In this document: piece by piece, positions 49,006-58,962 of the stretch | How positions within the stretch are numbered: the first letter of the stretch is position 1 | Layout of the letters: each line of letters opens with the position of its first letter | NCBI GenBank assembly: GCA_046047055.1 | Contig: JBJOIR010000002.1 | Location: forward strand, 15,291-79,290 | Direction: 5' to 3' | Source of the DNA: Pseudomonadota bacterium | GTDB taxonomy: Bacteria > Pseudomonadota > Gammaproteobacteria > Burkholderiales > Burkholderiaceae_C | Length of the DNA: 64,000 bases | Notes under the pieces: generated by a model | What the model was told of the DNA's origin: nothing | Seen by the model: only the letters and a program-made list of their open reading frames with translations | Databases searched by the model: none | Made by a program: the position numbers and the translations under genes

Positions 49006-49655
49006 GCGGCGCTCCTCACGCGTGTGGTCAACGTGAAAAAACCTGGTGCAGAAATGTCGATCTGGTCACCGGGTTGGGCACGCGGGCGCGTGCCATCGGC
49101 CAAGCAGTCAGACCCCACCATCAACACATCGCCCGGCTGCAAGGTCATGAACTCAGACACATCGGCCAGCAGGGTGGGCAGTGACCGCACCAGATGGGCA
49201 AGGTCCACGGTTTGAACAAGCTCACCGTTGCGGCGCACCTCGATCTTTAGTGCAGCCCAATCGGGCAGCGCCCCTAAAGTGGGTTGTTGCGGCAAGGCCA
49301 AAAACCCGTCGCGGCAGCGCGCCTTGACGGGCGGGCGGTAATAGCTGGTGTGCGGCACCGCCCAATCGTTCAGCAGCACGGCAGCCGCCACTTGACCGTT
49401 TTGCCCAATGACCAAGCCCAAAGTGGCGCCGATGTCGACCTCCGTCACGCCGTCTTGCAGCACCAAGTCGTGTCCGGCCGGGCCCAACGTGTTGGCCGTT
49501 TTGACATACAGCACAGGGGCTTGGGGCGCGGCTTTGTAGGGGTCTTGCGACATTTTTGGCGCCCACACATCCCACTCTCGGCGGAAGTTGAGCAAGGTGC
49601 CATAGACCGTGCCCTGCGGTTGCCAAGGTTGTGTGGGCACTTGGGGGGTTTGCAT
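49002..49655 (-). CDS. hpaG1: HpaG isomerase/decarboxylase, N-terminal subunit
   Basis: GTVYGTLLN, PYKAAPQAPVLYVK, SYYRPPVKARCRDGF. Confidence 0.88.
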   Translation of the reverse strand: MQTPQVPTQPWQPQGTVYGTLLNFRREWDVWAPKMSQDPYKAAPQAPVLYVKTANTLGPAGHDLVLQDGVTEVDIGATLGLVIGQNGQVAAAVLLNDWAVPHTSYYRPPVKARCRDGFLALPQQPTLGALPDWAALKIEVRRNGELVQTVDLAHLVRSLPTLLADVSEFMTLQPGDVLMVGSDCLADGTRPRAQPGDQIDISAPGFFTLTTRVRSAA

Positions 49656-49658
49656 GGT

Positions 49659-50174
49659 TCAGTCCTCCGTCATCTCGTGGCCCACTTCGGCCGCGTCGGT
49701 GTCCGCCTCGGCCTCTGGGTTTGCGCCGGGTATCTCTAATGCGATCACTTGGTCCAACAAGTCGTACAGCGCGCTGAGTTTGGTTTTGCCCAACTGCTGC
49801 TCCATCCAAACGTAATGCGCTTCAATGGTTTGCGACAAAGCCTGTACTTTGGTCAACCCCTCGGCAGTGGCGCGCACCACGCTGCGGCGGGCATCTTGCG
49901 GGCAGCGCTGACGCTCAATCAGGCCATCGCGCTCCATGCGGGCCAACACCCCCGTGAGGCTCGGACCCAACAAATAAGCCTCGCGAGCGACACGCCCAGT
50001 TTCGATGCCCCATGACTCTTCCGCATGTTCCCCCAACACGCGCAACACGCGCCACTGCTGGTCAGACAGGCCATGCTCTCGCAAAGCGGGTCGGGTGTGC
50101 AACATGACGGCCTCGCGTGCCTCCAGCAAAAGCCGAGGCAGGTTGCGGTGGGCAAAAGAGGGTTTGGATGTCAT
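49659..50174 (-). CDS. hpaR: Homoprotocatechuate operon regulator HpaR (MarR family)
   Basis: LLLEAREAVM..RP.L..HGLSDQQWRVLR, PSLTGVL.RMERDG. Confidence 0.93.
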   Translation of the reverse strand: MTSKPSFAHRNLPRLLLEAREAVMLHTRPALREHGLSDQQWRVLRVLGEHAEESWGIETGRVAREAYLLGPSLTGVLARMERDGLIERQRCPQDARRSVVRATAEGLTKVQALSQTIEAHYVWMEQQLGKTKLSALYDLLDQVIALEIPGANPEAEADTDAAEVGHEMTED

Positions 50175-50176
50175 TT

Positions 50177-50192
50177 ATTTAACATGTTAAAT
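50177..50192. promoter_or_regulatory. Putative HpaR operator
   Basis: Perfect 16-bp palindrome ATTTAACATGTTAAAT 2 bp upstream of the hpaR ATG. Confidence 0.8.
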
Positions 50193-50334
50193 GAATTCGC
50201 TTCCGTGGACATCCGGGTTTGCACTGAATCCAGGCGTCAAGGCGCCATGGGGTTTGGTGCGCCCTCGACCAGGCTTTTCCCATAAGATGCCGGCCACTGG
50301 AGTGCGCAAGCAGCACCCACCTCAATTAGCAAGC

Positions 50335-51390
50335 ATGACCATGACCCTTGACAGCCGATGGACCCCCGAATTGCCTTGCGTGGTGCAGGCGCCCATGGCC
50401 GGTGTGCAAGACCACCGGCTGGCGATGGCGGTGTGCGAAGCCGGTGGCCTCGGCTCTCTGGCTGCGGCGATGCTCAGCCCGACAGACTTAGAGCGCGAGT
50501 TACAAGCCCTGCAAGATGGCACTCAGCGCCCCTACAACGTCAACTTTTTTTGCCACGCTCCGCCTAAGCCTGACGCCCAGGCACTGGACCGATGGCGCAG
50601 CGCCCTGACCCCTTACTACGCGTCTTTCGGACTGACGCCGGCCACCGCCGCCCCCGGGGCCACACGCGTGCCCTTCAACCACGAAGCGGCCGATGTGCTG
50701 GAGGCCTTTCGCCCTGCGGTGATCAGCTTCCACTTTGGCTTGCCCGCGCCCGACCTCTTGTCGCGGGTCAAAAGCTGGGGCAGCGTGGTGGTGTCGTCGG
50801 CCACGACTGTGCCCGAAGCCCTGTGGCTCGAAGCACATGGGGTGGACGCCATCATTGCCCAAGGCCTCGAGGCAGGGGGTCATCGGGGGATGTTTTTGAG
50901 CGAGGACTTGAACACCCAAATGGGCACCTTCGCTTTGTTACCGCAGGTGGTGCAAGCCACCCGCTTGCCGGTGATTGCGGCAGGGGGTATTGCCACCCCA
51001 GCCGCTGTCGCGGCGGCCAAAGCACTGGGCGCGGCCGCGGTTCAGGTGGGCAGCGCCTATTTGTGCAGCGACGAGGCCACCACCAGCGCCATGCACCGAG
51101 CAGCCCTGCAATCAGAGGCGGCGCAACACACCGCCCTGACGCGCTTGTTCACAGGCCGGCCAGCGCGAGGCATCGTCAACCGCGTGATGCGCGAAATGGG
51201 CCCAATGAACCCCACGGCGCCTGCTTTTCCGTTGGCCACCGCCGACTTGGCGCCCCTGCGCGCCGCAGCGGAAGCCCAAGGCCGCAACGATTTCACACCG
51301 ATGTGGGCGGGACAAAACGCCGGGGCTTGTGAAGCCCGCTCGGCCCGAGACATCACACGCGATTTTTTGCACGCCTGGCGCACTGCTTGA
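50335..51390 (+). CDS. Nitronate monooxygenase-family flavoprotein
   Basis: QAPMAG, VNFFCH, SFHFG, AQGLEAGGHRG, IAAGGI, WAGQ. Confidence 0.9.
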   Translation: MTMTLDSRWTPELPCVVQAPMAGVQDHRLAMAVCEAGGLGSLAAAMLSPTDLERELQALQDGTQRPYNVNFFCHAPPKPDAQALDRWRSALTPYYASFGLTPATAAPGATRVPFNHEAADVLEAFRPAVISFHFGLPAPDLLSRVKSWGSVVVSSATTVPEALWLEAHGVDAIIAQGLEAGGHRGMFLSEDLNTQMGTFALLPQVVQATRLPVIAAGGIATPAAVAAAKALGAAAVQVGSAYLCSDEATTSAMHRAALQSEAAQHTALTRLFTGRPARGIVNRVMREMGPMNPTAPAFPLATADLAPLRAAAEAQGRNDFTPMWAGQNAGACEARSARDITRDFLHAWRTA

Positions 51391-51418
51391 GCCTCGCGCT
51401 CAGGCACACTTGCACCCC

Positions 51419-52810
51419 ATGGCCAAAGACAAATCTATTTTTACCTGCACCGAATGTGGTGGCACCAGCGCGCGCTGGATGGGCAAATGCCCCAGTTGCA
51501 ACGCATGGAACACGCTGATCGAAAGCGCCCCTGAGGCCGCCAGCGGCGGCAAAAATCGCTTGGGCTCAGCGCAATACCAAGCACTGGCCCCCACCAGCGA
51601 AGTGTTGCCGTTGTCGCAAATTGAAGCCGCTGACTTTGACCGTCACCCCACCGGCATCGAAGAGCTTGACCGTGTGTTGGGCGGTGGCATGGTCGAAGGC
51701 GGGGTGGTGCTGATTGGCGGCGACCCCGGCATCGGCAAATCGACCCTGTTGCTGCAAGCGGTAGATGCCCTGCAACGCAGCGGCATGAACACCCTGTATG
51801 TGACGGGCGAAGAGAGCGGCGCGCAAGTGGCCATGCGCTCGCGCCGCTTGGGTCTGCCCGACTCGCAAGTGCCGGTGTTGCCGGAGATTCAGCTCGAAAA
51901 AATTCTGCACACCTTGCAGTCTCGCCAACCCAACATTGCCATCATCGACTCTATTCAGACAGTGTATTCGGACCAGTTAACCTCTGCGCCCGGCTCGGTC
52001 GCCCAAGTGCGCGAGTGCGCTGCGCACCTCACGCGAACCGCCAAAGCCACCGGCACCACCATTGTGTTGGTCGGCCACGTCACCAAAGAAGGTGCGCTGG
52101 CAGGGCCCCGCGTGCTGGAGCACATGGTCGACACGGTGCTGTACTTTGAAGGCGACACGCATTCCAACTTCCGCTTAATTCGCGCCATCAAAAACCGCTT
52201 TGGTGCGGTCAATGAAATCGGCGTGTTTGCCATGACCGAAAAAGGCCTGAAGGGCGTGAGCAACCCGAGCGCCATTTTCCTCAGCCAACACAGTGAACCT
52301 GTGCCGGGCAGTTGCGTCATGGTCACGCTGGAGGGCACGCGGCCCATGTTGGTTGAAATTCAGGCCTTGGTCGACTCGGGCGGACCGAGCCCAAGGCGCT
52401 TGAGTGTGGGCTTGGAACGCGACCGCTTGGCCATGTTGTTGGCCGTGTTGCACCGCCATGCAGGTGTGGCGTGCATGGACCAAGATGTGTTTGTGAATGC
52501 GGTGGGGGGCGTGCACATTCGGGAACCCGCCGCCGACTTGGCCGTGATGCTGGCCATCACCAGCAGCTTGCGCGGCAAGCCCTTACCCAAGGGCTTCATT
52601 GCCTTTGGCGAGGTGGGTTTGGCTGGCGAAGTGCGGCCTGCACCGCGCGGCCAAGAACGGCTGAAAGAAGCCGCAAAATTGGGTTTCAAAACCGCCGTGG
52701 TGCCCAAAGCCAACATGCCCAAAAAAGGCGACAAAGCGTTTGAAGGCCTCACCGTCTACCCGGTTGAGCGCATCGAAGAAGCCATGCAAGTGGTGCGGGG
52801 ACTGGACTGA
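51419..52810 (+). CDS. radA: DNA repair protein RadA/Sms
   Basis: C4 zinc finger CTECG..CPSC, GDPGIGKST, KNRFG. Confidence 0.97.
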   Translation: MAKDKSIFTCTECGGTSARWMGKCPSCNAWNTLIESAPEAASGGKNRLGSAQYQALAPTSEVLPLSQIEAADFDRHPTGIEELDRVLGGGMVEGGVVLIGGDPGIGKSTLLLQAVDALQRSGMNTLYVTGEESGAQVAMRSRRLGLPDSQVPVLPEIQLEKILHTLQSRQPNIAIIDSIQTVYSDQLTSAPGSVAQVRECAAHLTRTAKATGTTIVLVGHVTKEGALAGPRVLEHMVDTVLYFEGDTHSNFRLIRAIKNRFGAVNEIGVFAMTEKGLKGVSNPSAIFLSQHSEPVPGSCVMVTLEGTRPMLVEIQALVDSGGPSPRRLSVGLERDRLAMLLAVLHRHAGVACMDQDVFVNAVGGVHIREPAADLAVMLAITSSLRGKPLPKGFIAFGEVGLAGEVRPAPRGQERLKEAAKLGFKTAVVPKANMPKKGDKAFEGLTVYPVERIEEAMQVVRGLD

Positions 52811-52814
52811 ACAC

Positions 52815-53570
52815 TCAGTGTCGGTGCTTCATAGCTCGCAGGCAATAAATTAACCGCTGAATGGCATTGCCAAAGCGCCAGGCAAAAGCTGGCAAACGCC
52901 TAAACCAACGAAAGCGCATGTTTCGGTCTGTCGGAGAGTTGATGGTCGATACGACTTGCTGATCATGCAACGCAACATAGGGCAGCAGGGAGCGAACTTT
53001 CAACCCCCAATACCACCCTCTGTCGTACTCGTGGTCAAAAGGCAGACGCATGGGCAACAACCGACTGGTCATGTTTTGAACCGCAATGCGATTGATGACA
53101 TAGGCGCTTGCGCCCGTGCATTTGGATAACATGGCCACCAATCGGCAATTCCCATTTAACTCCGCCGTGGTGACTGGCGTACCACGGTGTACTCCCGAGA
53201 GCTTTACCAAATCCCAGTCAGCCGAATGGTCTGCCAAGGCCTGCAATGCCGCAGGCAGATCACATTTCAAATCCACATCGTCTTCGAGAATTAAACAATA
53301 TTTAAACGGGGAAGACTGAAAACGTTCAAAGGCCCGGACATGCGACACATAGCAACCTAACTCACCCTGCAAGGGCATTTTTCCATGTCGTCGACCAAAT
53401 TCCTGCAGGTCCAGCAAGGCCGGGGCATTCAAAGACAATGAACGACCATCCACCGCATCTAATCGCTCCCATCGCAAATCCAAGCGATTCAATTGCTCGG
53501 TTATTTTTTGGAGTCGAAGCGGAGCACGATCCAAATTGATCACCAGGATCATGAAATCATTGAGGTTCAT
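52815..53570 (-). CDS. Glycosyltransferase family 25 (LOS biosynthesis type)
   Basis: VINLDRA..R, AVDG, GELGCYVSH, LILEDD, GASAYVI. Confidence 0.88.
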   Translation of the reverse strand: MNLNDFMILVINLDRAPLRLQKITEQLNRLDLRWERLDAVDGRSLSLNAPALLDLQEFGRRHGKMPLQGELGCYVSHVRAFERFQSSPFKYCLILEDDVDLKCDLPAALQALADHSADWDLVKLSGVHRGTPVTTAELNGNCRLVAMLSKCTGASAYVINRIAVQNMTSRLLPMRLPFDHEYDRGWYWGLKVRSLLPYVALHDQQVVSTINSPTDRNMRFRWFRRLPAFAWRFGNAIQRLIYCLRAMKHRH

Positions 53571-53609
53571 GGCCGTTATTATCTGAAAGTTGATTTTTCT
53601 CTTTTCCCC

Positions 53610-54026
53610 ATGAATTTTTCCAAAATTTTGGCGCCCGCCGCCATCGTTGTTTTCACCATCGGGGCTTGGCAAGCATTTCAGTGGGCAGGCATAGCCCTGG
53701 CCGTTGGCGGCGTGGTCATGTGGGTGTTGTTGCACTTTACGCGCCTGATCACCATCCTCAAAAAAGCCGCTGACCGGCCGATTGGCCATGTGGCCAGCGC
53801 CGTCATGCTGAATGCCAAACTCAAAAAAGGCGCCTCGCTCATGCATGTGATCGCCATGACGCGGTCACTCGGACAATTGCAAAGCCCCAAAGACGAGCAG
53901 CCCGAAATCTTCAGCTGGACCGACGCCAGCGAGTCCACTGTGACCTGTACTTTTGTGGGCGGCAAATTGAGCGATTGGCAGTTGCAACGGCCCGCCGCCT
54001 TGACCGAGTCGAGCCCCTCCGTTTGA
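53610..54026 (+). CDS. Conserved hypothetical membrane protein
   Basis: Two N-terminal TM segments, VASAVMLNAKL...TRSLG...WTD; host-like codon usage. Confidence 0.7.
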   Translation: MNFSKILAPAAIVVFTIGAWQAFQWAGIALAVGGVVMWVLLHFTRLITILKKAADRPIGHVASAVMLNAKLKKGASLMHVIAMTRSLGQLQSPKDEQPEIFSWTDASESTVTCTFVGGKLSDWQLQRPAALTESSPSV

Positions 54027-54133
54027 TTCTGGGGTGCGGGCCACGGCCACTTTGAGCCACCCCCTGCCCCTCTGGGCGCAAGCCTTAAAATGTGTTTTTT
54101 TAGCTGCATCCCCCCACTTTCAAGGACACTTCG

Positions 54134-55072
54134 ATGAGCGTTGTCATCCCCTCCATGTCTGACCGTGACGGCAAAATCTGGATGGACGGCCAGATGGTCG
54201 ATTGGCGCGACGCCAAGATCCACGTGTTGAGCCACACCCTGCACTACGGTTGCGGCGCATTTGAAGGCGTGCGCGCCTACAAAACCGAGCAAGGCACCGC
54301 GATCTTCCGTTTGCAAGAGCACACCGACCGCTTGTTCAACAGCGCCAAAATTTTGCGCATGGCCATTCCCTTCACCAAAGAACAGGTGAACCAGGCCCAA
54401 CGCGATGTGGTGCGCGAGAACAAGTTGGAAAGCGGCTACATCCGTCCCCTGACTTGGATTGGCGACAGAAAATTGGGCGTCAGCCCCAAAGGCAACACCA
54501 TCCACTTGATGGTGGCGGCCTGGACTTGGGGCGCCTACCTGGGCGAAGAAGGCATGAAGCGCGGCATCCGCGTGAAGACCTCGAGCTACACACGCCACCA
54601 CGTGAACATCACCATGACGCAAGCCAAAGCGGTGAGCAACTACACCAACTCGATCTTGGCCAACATGGAAGTGACCGATGAGGGGTACGACGAAGCCTTG
54701 TTGCTCGACACCTCTGGCTTTGTCTCTGAAGGTGCTGGCGAAAACATTTTTGTGATCAAAGACGGCGTGATCTACACCCCCGACTTATCGGCTGGCGCTT
54801 TGAACGGCATCACGCGCAACACGGTGTTTCACATTGCCAAAGATTTGGGCCTCGAGATTGTGCAAAAGCGCATCACCCGCGACGAGGTGTACATCGCCGA
54901 TGAAGCCTTCTTCACCGGTACGGCTGCTGAAGTCACACCCATCCGCGAACTCGACCGCATCCAATTGGGCGCAGGTAGCCGCGGCCCAATCACCGAGAAA
55001 ATTCAAAGCGCGTTTTTTGACATCGTCAATGGACGCAATCCCAAATATGCCCACTGGCTGACGCTGGTTTGA
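54134..55072 (+). CDS. ilvE: Branched-chain amino acid aminotransferase
   Basis: LHYG..FEG.RAY, AKAVSNY, EGAGENIF, GITR, TGTAAE. Confidence 0.96.
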   Translation: MSVVIPSMSDRDGKIWMDGQMVDWRDAKIHVLSHTLHYGCGAFEGVRAYKTEQGTAIFRLQEHTDRLFNSAKILRMAIPFTKEQVNQAQRDVVRENKLESGYIRPLTWIGDRKLGVSPKGNTIHLMVAAWTWGAYLGEEGMKRGIRVKTSSYTRHHVNITMTQAKAVSNYTNSILANMEVTDEGYDEALLLDTSGFVSEGAGENIFVIKDGVIYTPDLSAGALNGITRNTVFHIAKDLGLEIVQKRITRDEVYIADEAFFTGTAAEVTPIRELDRIQLGAGSRGPITEKIQSAFFDIVNGRNPKYAHWLTLV

Positions 55073-55082
55073 GGAACCCACC

Positions 55083-55286
55083 ATGAGCACCCCCGTTGAA
55101 TTGCTGGCCACCGACCTGAACCCCCAGGGCGGTGTGTTTTGTCCCAGCCCCAAAGCCGATATGAAAATCTGGAACAGCCACCCCAAGGTTTACTTGGATG
55201 TGGCCAAGACCGGCGAAGCCAAGTGCCCCTATTGCGGTACCGTGTACAAACTCAAAGCAGGTGAAGTGGTCGGTCACCACCACTGA
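55083..55286 (+). CDS. zf-CHCC zinc-finger protein
   Basis: FCP...HPKVYL...CPYCG; follows ilvE. Confidence 0.88.
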   Translation: MSTPVELLATDLNPQGGVFCPSPKADMKIWNSHPKVYLDVAKTGEAKCPYCGTVYKLKAGEVVGHHH

Positions 55287-55359
55287 TGGCCTCGTTGCAG
55301 CGACGCTGAAGCGTCTAGGCACCCGCGGGCTATAGGCCCACCTGACAACGGCGAACGAC

Positions 55360-56772
55360 TTAGGCGTTCGCCGTTTTTTTGTGCGGCAACTCCAACTTAA
55401 AGCAAGCGCCGCCACCGGGCCGGTCAGCGCAAGTCACGCGACCGCCATGGCGCTCGGCAATCGACTTGACCAGCGACAGCCCCAAGCCCACGCCCCCCAC
55501 GCGCTCACTGGCGCCTGGCAAGCGAAAAAAGGGCTCAAAAATGCGTTCACGCCAAGCCACAGGCACCCCGGGCCCCCGGTCGCACACCTGCAAATGCACC
55601 TGCGTTTCTTGACGCGACAAGGTCACGACAATGCTGGGCACTGGTTCTTGACTCGCCAGCCCCTCAGCCACTGCCGAGCCACCCACGGCAACATCTGCAG
55701 CAAGATCCGCATCACCCGCTGTCGAACCATAGCGCCGCGCATTCTCCAAAAGGTTACGCACCATGCGACGCAGCAACTTGGCCACGCCCTGCGATTCGAG
55801 ATGCGCCAAGCCTTGCGGCACGTCCAACACGGCACCCACGCGCGCGCACTCCTCAGCGCACAACCCAACCCAATCCACGGCCTCAACCGTGCCCAGATCG
55901 GCTTCTTTCGCATCCAGCCGACTGGCCAGCAAGATTTCGTCAATCAACTGGTCCAACTCGTTCATATTGCGCAAAATTTCAGAGCGCGTGCGTTGCCGCA
56001 GTGGGTTGTCGTCAGTGGGCGTTTCCATCAACTCCAAACCCATGCGAATGCGGGCCAGCGGCGAGCGCAGTTCGTGCGACGCGTTGGCCAGCAACGATTT
56101 TTGTGACGCCATGAGCCCCTCGATGCGCTCTGCCGCAGCGTTGAAACGCGCAGACAAATCGGCCACCTCGTCGTGACCCTGAACCGGCACACGCACCGAT
56201 AAATCGCCATCGCCCCAACGCTGCACGCCGCGCTGCAGGCCCTCAAGACGGTTCGTCAGCCGACGCACCACCGGGTAGAGGCCCAGCGCCACCGCCAGCC
56301 CGATCAGGCCCAACATCCAAAAAAATCCATACGGCGCTTTGGCCCACCAAGGCGGCTCGGGGCGCGAGTAGGGGGACGACAAGGGCGGCGAATGGGGTGA
56401 TGCATGTGGTGATGCATGTGGTGCACCGTGAGGCGACATGCGGCCACTGCGCCGCTCGGCCAAACCACCCTCATCGCGACCGTCACCATTGCGCTGCACC
56501 CGCAACTCAAGTTGTTGACCATCGGGCAGTGTCAGGTCAAATTCAAGCGGTGCGCCGGGGCCGGGGCGTCGGACCGTAGTGGCCAGCACCTCGCCATTGG
56601 CATTGAGCAGCACCCATTCACGCGGCAATGGGGCCGGTGTGTTGTGCTCGACCGTGGCGCGCCATGCCCAACCGACCACCAACATCAGCACAGCCACGCC
56701 CAGCACCACCGCCAGCCAAATGCGCAGGTAAAGATGGCGTGCCCAATGACGTGAAAGTGCGTTCAATGGCAT
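55360..56772 (-). CDS. HAMP sensor histidine kinase (CpxA/RstB-like)
   Basis: Two TMs, HAMP, SHELRSPL, NLLENARRY, DRGPG, GLGLS. Confidence 0.93.
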   Translation of the reverse strand: MPLNALSRHWARHLYLRIWLAVVLGVAVLMLVVGWAWRATVEHNTPAPLPREWVLLNANGEVLATTVRRPGPGAPLEFDLTLPDGQQLELRVQRNGDGRDEGGLAERRSGRMSPHGAPHASPHASPHSPPLSSPYSRPEPPWWAKAPYGFFWMLGLIGLAVALGLYPVVRRLTNRLEGLQRGVQRWGDGDLSVRVPVQGHDEVADLSARFNAAAERIEGLMASQKSLLANASHELRSPLARIRMGLELMETPTDDNPLRQRTRSEILRNMNELDQLIDEILLASRLDAKEADLGTVEAVDWVGLCAEECARVGAVLDVPQGLAHLESQGVAKLLRRMVRNLLENARRYGSTAGDADLAADVAVGGSAVAEGLASQEPVPSIVVTLSRQETQVHLQVCDRGPGVPVAWRERIFEPFFRLPGASERVGGVGLGLSLVKSIAERHGGRVTCADRPGGGACFKLELPHKKTANA

Positions 56773-56775
56773 GGG

Positions 56776-57477
56776 TCAGTCTTGTTGGCGGGCAAAAACA
56801 TAGCCCACGCCGCGCACCGTGAGGATGCGCTGCGGGGCTTTGGGGTCAACTTCAATGGCGGCCCGAATGCGGCCCATGTGCACGTCGATCGAACGGTCAA
56901 AGGCCTCCAACTCGCGGCCTCGCACAGCTTCCATGATTTGGTCGCGCGTGAGCACTCGGCCCGCGCGTTCGGCCAACGCCACCAACACGTCGTATTGGTA
57001 CGAGGTCAATTCGCAGGGCAGACCACCCACCGAAACCCGCCGCGCATCCCGGTCGATTTCGAGCGAGCCAAATTGAAGCACCCGGTGCGCCGTTTCTGTT
57101 GGCGTGGTTTTGCGCCGCAAGACGGCTTTGATGCGGGCCAACAACTCACGCGGCTCAAAGGGTTTAGGCAGGTAGTCGTCGGCGCCCATTTCGAGGCCGA
57201 TGATGCGGTCCATCGGATCGCCTTTGGCGGTCAGCATGAGCACCGGCACTTGGCCCATGGCGCCAGGCAAGGCGCGAATGCGTTGGCACACCTGCAGGCC
57301 ATCCATGTCCGGCAGCATCAAGTCCAAGATGACCAAGTCAATGCCGGCCGATGGCAACCGGGCCAAACCGGTTTGCGCATCTGGTGCGTGTGTGACAACA
57401 AAGCCGTTTTGTCCCAAATAGTCTGACAGCATGCCCGCCAAACGGACATCGTCTTCAATGATCAAAATTTGTGGCAT
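56776..57477 (-). CDS. OmpR-family response regulator (CpxR-like)
   Basis: IIEDD, LDLMLP, LTAKG, DDYLPKPF, DRSIDVH, TVRGVGY. Confidence 0.95.
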   Translation of the reverse strand: MPQILIIEDDVRLAGMLSDYLGQNGFVVTHAPDAQTGLARLPSAGIDLVILDLMLPDMDGLQVCQRIRALPGAMGQVPVLMLTAKGDPMDRIIGLEMGADDYLPKPFEPRELLARIKAVLRRKTTPTETAHRVLQFGSLEIDRDARRVSVGGLPCELTSYQYDVLVALAERAGRVLTRDQIMEAVRGRELEAFDRSIDVHMGRIRAAIEVDPKAPQRILTVRGVGYVFARQQD

Positions 57478-57517
57478 GCCAAGATCATCGCCTGTGCGCT
57501 CAGTGGGGGACGTTTCA

Positions 57518-57537
57518 GTTGCGTAAAGTTGCGTAAA
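57518..57537. promoter_or_regulatory. Direct repeat, CpxR-type box
   Basis: GTTGCGTAAA x2, giving GTAAA-N5-GTAAA (57523-57537) upstream of the response regulator. Confidence 0.7.
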
Positions 57538-57538
57538 T

Positions 57539-58882
57539 TCAATCGGCTTTTCGGGCATGCACCCGCGCTGCCAAAGCCACTAACAGCAACACTGGCAAAC
57601 CCAACCAAGCCGTGGCGGTGAAGAAGCTGGCATAACCAAACGTGTCCACATAATCACCCGAAAAGCCGGCAATGAACTTGGGCAGCAGCAACATCATTGA
57701 GCTGAGCAAGGCGTATTGCGTGGCCGAATAACTGATGTTGGTGAGTGAGGACAAATAGGCAATGAAGGCAGCCGAAGCGATGCCACTGGCCAAGTTGTCT
57801 GCCGAGATCACCCACACCAACGCTGTCACATCATGGCCCACACCGCTGAGCCAAACAAACAGCAAATTGCTGATCGCGCTGAGGATGGCCCCCAGCATGA
57901 GGATGCGCATCACCCCCCAACGCGCCGACAACACGCCCCCGACAAAAGCACCCACCAAAGTCATGACCACGCCATACACCTTGGTCACGCTGGCCACCTC
58001 GGCTTTGGTGAAACCCATGTCGACATAAAAGGGGTTGGCCATGATGCCCATCACCACATCGCTGATGCGGTACACCGCAATCAAAGCCAACAACAACAGC
58101 GCTTGCCAACGGTAGCGTCGCCAAAAATCTGTGAACGGTTCCACCACCGCGCTTTTCAGCCATTCGGCCAAATTGCGCGCCGGTTGCAGTGGCGCAGGCA
58201 CAGGCTCGGGCGAACCCAGCACCATGAGCATGCCAGGCAACATGCTGACCGCCATGGCCAAATAGGCCACTTGCCAAGCCGCTTGGGCGTAGCCTGTGGC
58301 CTGCTCGCCTTGGGCCCAGGCCGCAATCCACAACACACCGGCACCGGCCCAAATCATGGCCAAGCGATAACCTGTCTGGTAACTGGCGGCCAACGCCGCT
58401 TGCGCATTGACCTCGGCTGACTCGATGCGGTAAGCGTCCAGTGCAATGTCTTGTGTGGCGGACGCCACCGCCACGGCCAAGGCAAAAGCCACCAATGGGC
58501 CCAACAATTGAGAAGGGTCGTTCAAGGCCATGCCCACCAAGCCTGCAGCAATGACGATTTGGGACAACAACAACCAACTGCGTCGCCGTCCCAACCGGAG
58601 GGTTAGCCAGGGAATCGGCATGCGGTCCACCAACGGTGCCCACATCCACTTCACGCCGTAGGCCAACCCCACCCAACTGAGGTAGCCAATGGTGCTGCGG
58701 TCTATGCCTGCTTCACGCAACCTGAAGCTGAGCGTGCCCAAGACCAGCAGCAAGGGCAGCCCAGCCGAAAAGCCCAGCGCCAGCATGCGCAGGCTGGCCG
58801 GCTGCAAATACAAACGCAAAGCTTCACGCCAAGTGCGCACGTTGCTGGACGGGGTTTCGGAAGTGGCGGCTGTTTCTGACAT
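57539..58882 (-). CDS. ampG: Muropeptide permease AmpG (MFS)
   Basis: LGFSAGLP, KWMWAPLVD, GRRRSW, SATQDIALDAYRIE, ATQYALLSS. Confidence 0.92.
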   Translation of the reverse strand: MSETAATSETPSSNVRTWREALRLYLQPASLRMLALGFSAGLPLLLVLGTLSFRLREAGIDRSTIGYLSWVGLAYGVKWMWAPLVDRMPIPWLTLRLGRRRSWLLLSQIVIAAGLVGMALNDPSQLLGPLVAFALAVAVASATQDIALDAYRIESAEVNAQAALAASYQTGYRLAMIWAGAGVLWIAAWAQGEQATGYAQAAWQVAYLAMAVSMLPGMLMVLGSPEPVPAPLQPARNLAEWLKSAVVEPFTDFWRRYRWQALLLLALIAVYRISDVVMGIMANPFYVDMGFTKAEVASVTKVYGVVMTLVGAFVGGVLSARWGVMRILMLGAILSAISNLLFVWLSGVGHDVTALVWVISADNLASGIASAAFIAYLSSLTNISYSATQYALLSSMMLLLPKFIAGFSGDYVDTFGYASFFTATAWLGLPVLLLVALAARVHARKAD

Positions 58883-58962
58883 GGGGGCATTATCGGTAGT
58901 TTGGCGGCCCTTAACGACCCAGCGATGGCCTTCAATCCGTTCAACTCGCTATCATTTGCACC

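Noticed and set aside
52815-53846. 343-aa extended GT25 ORF
   Set aside because: The N-terminal 92 aa are antisense to the 53610-54026 gene; the real start is likely 53570, which has a -10 element.
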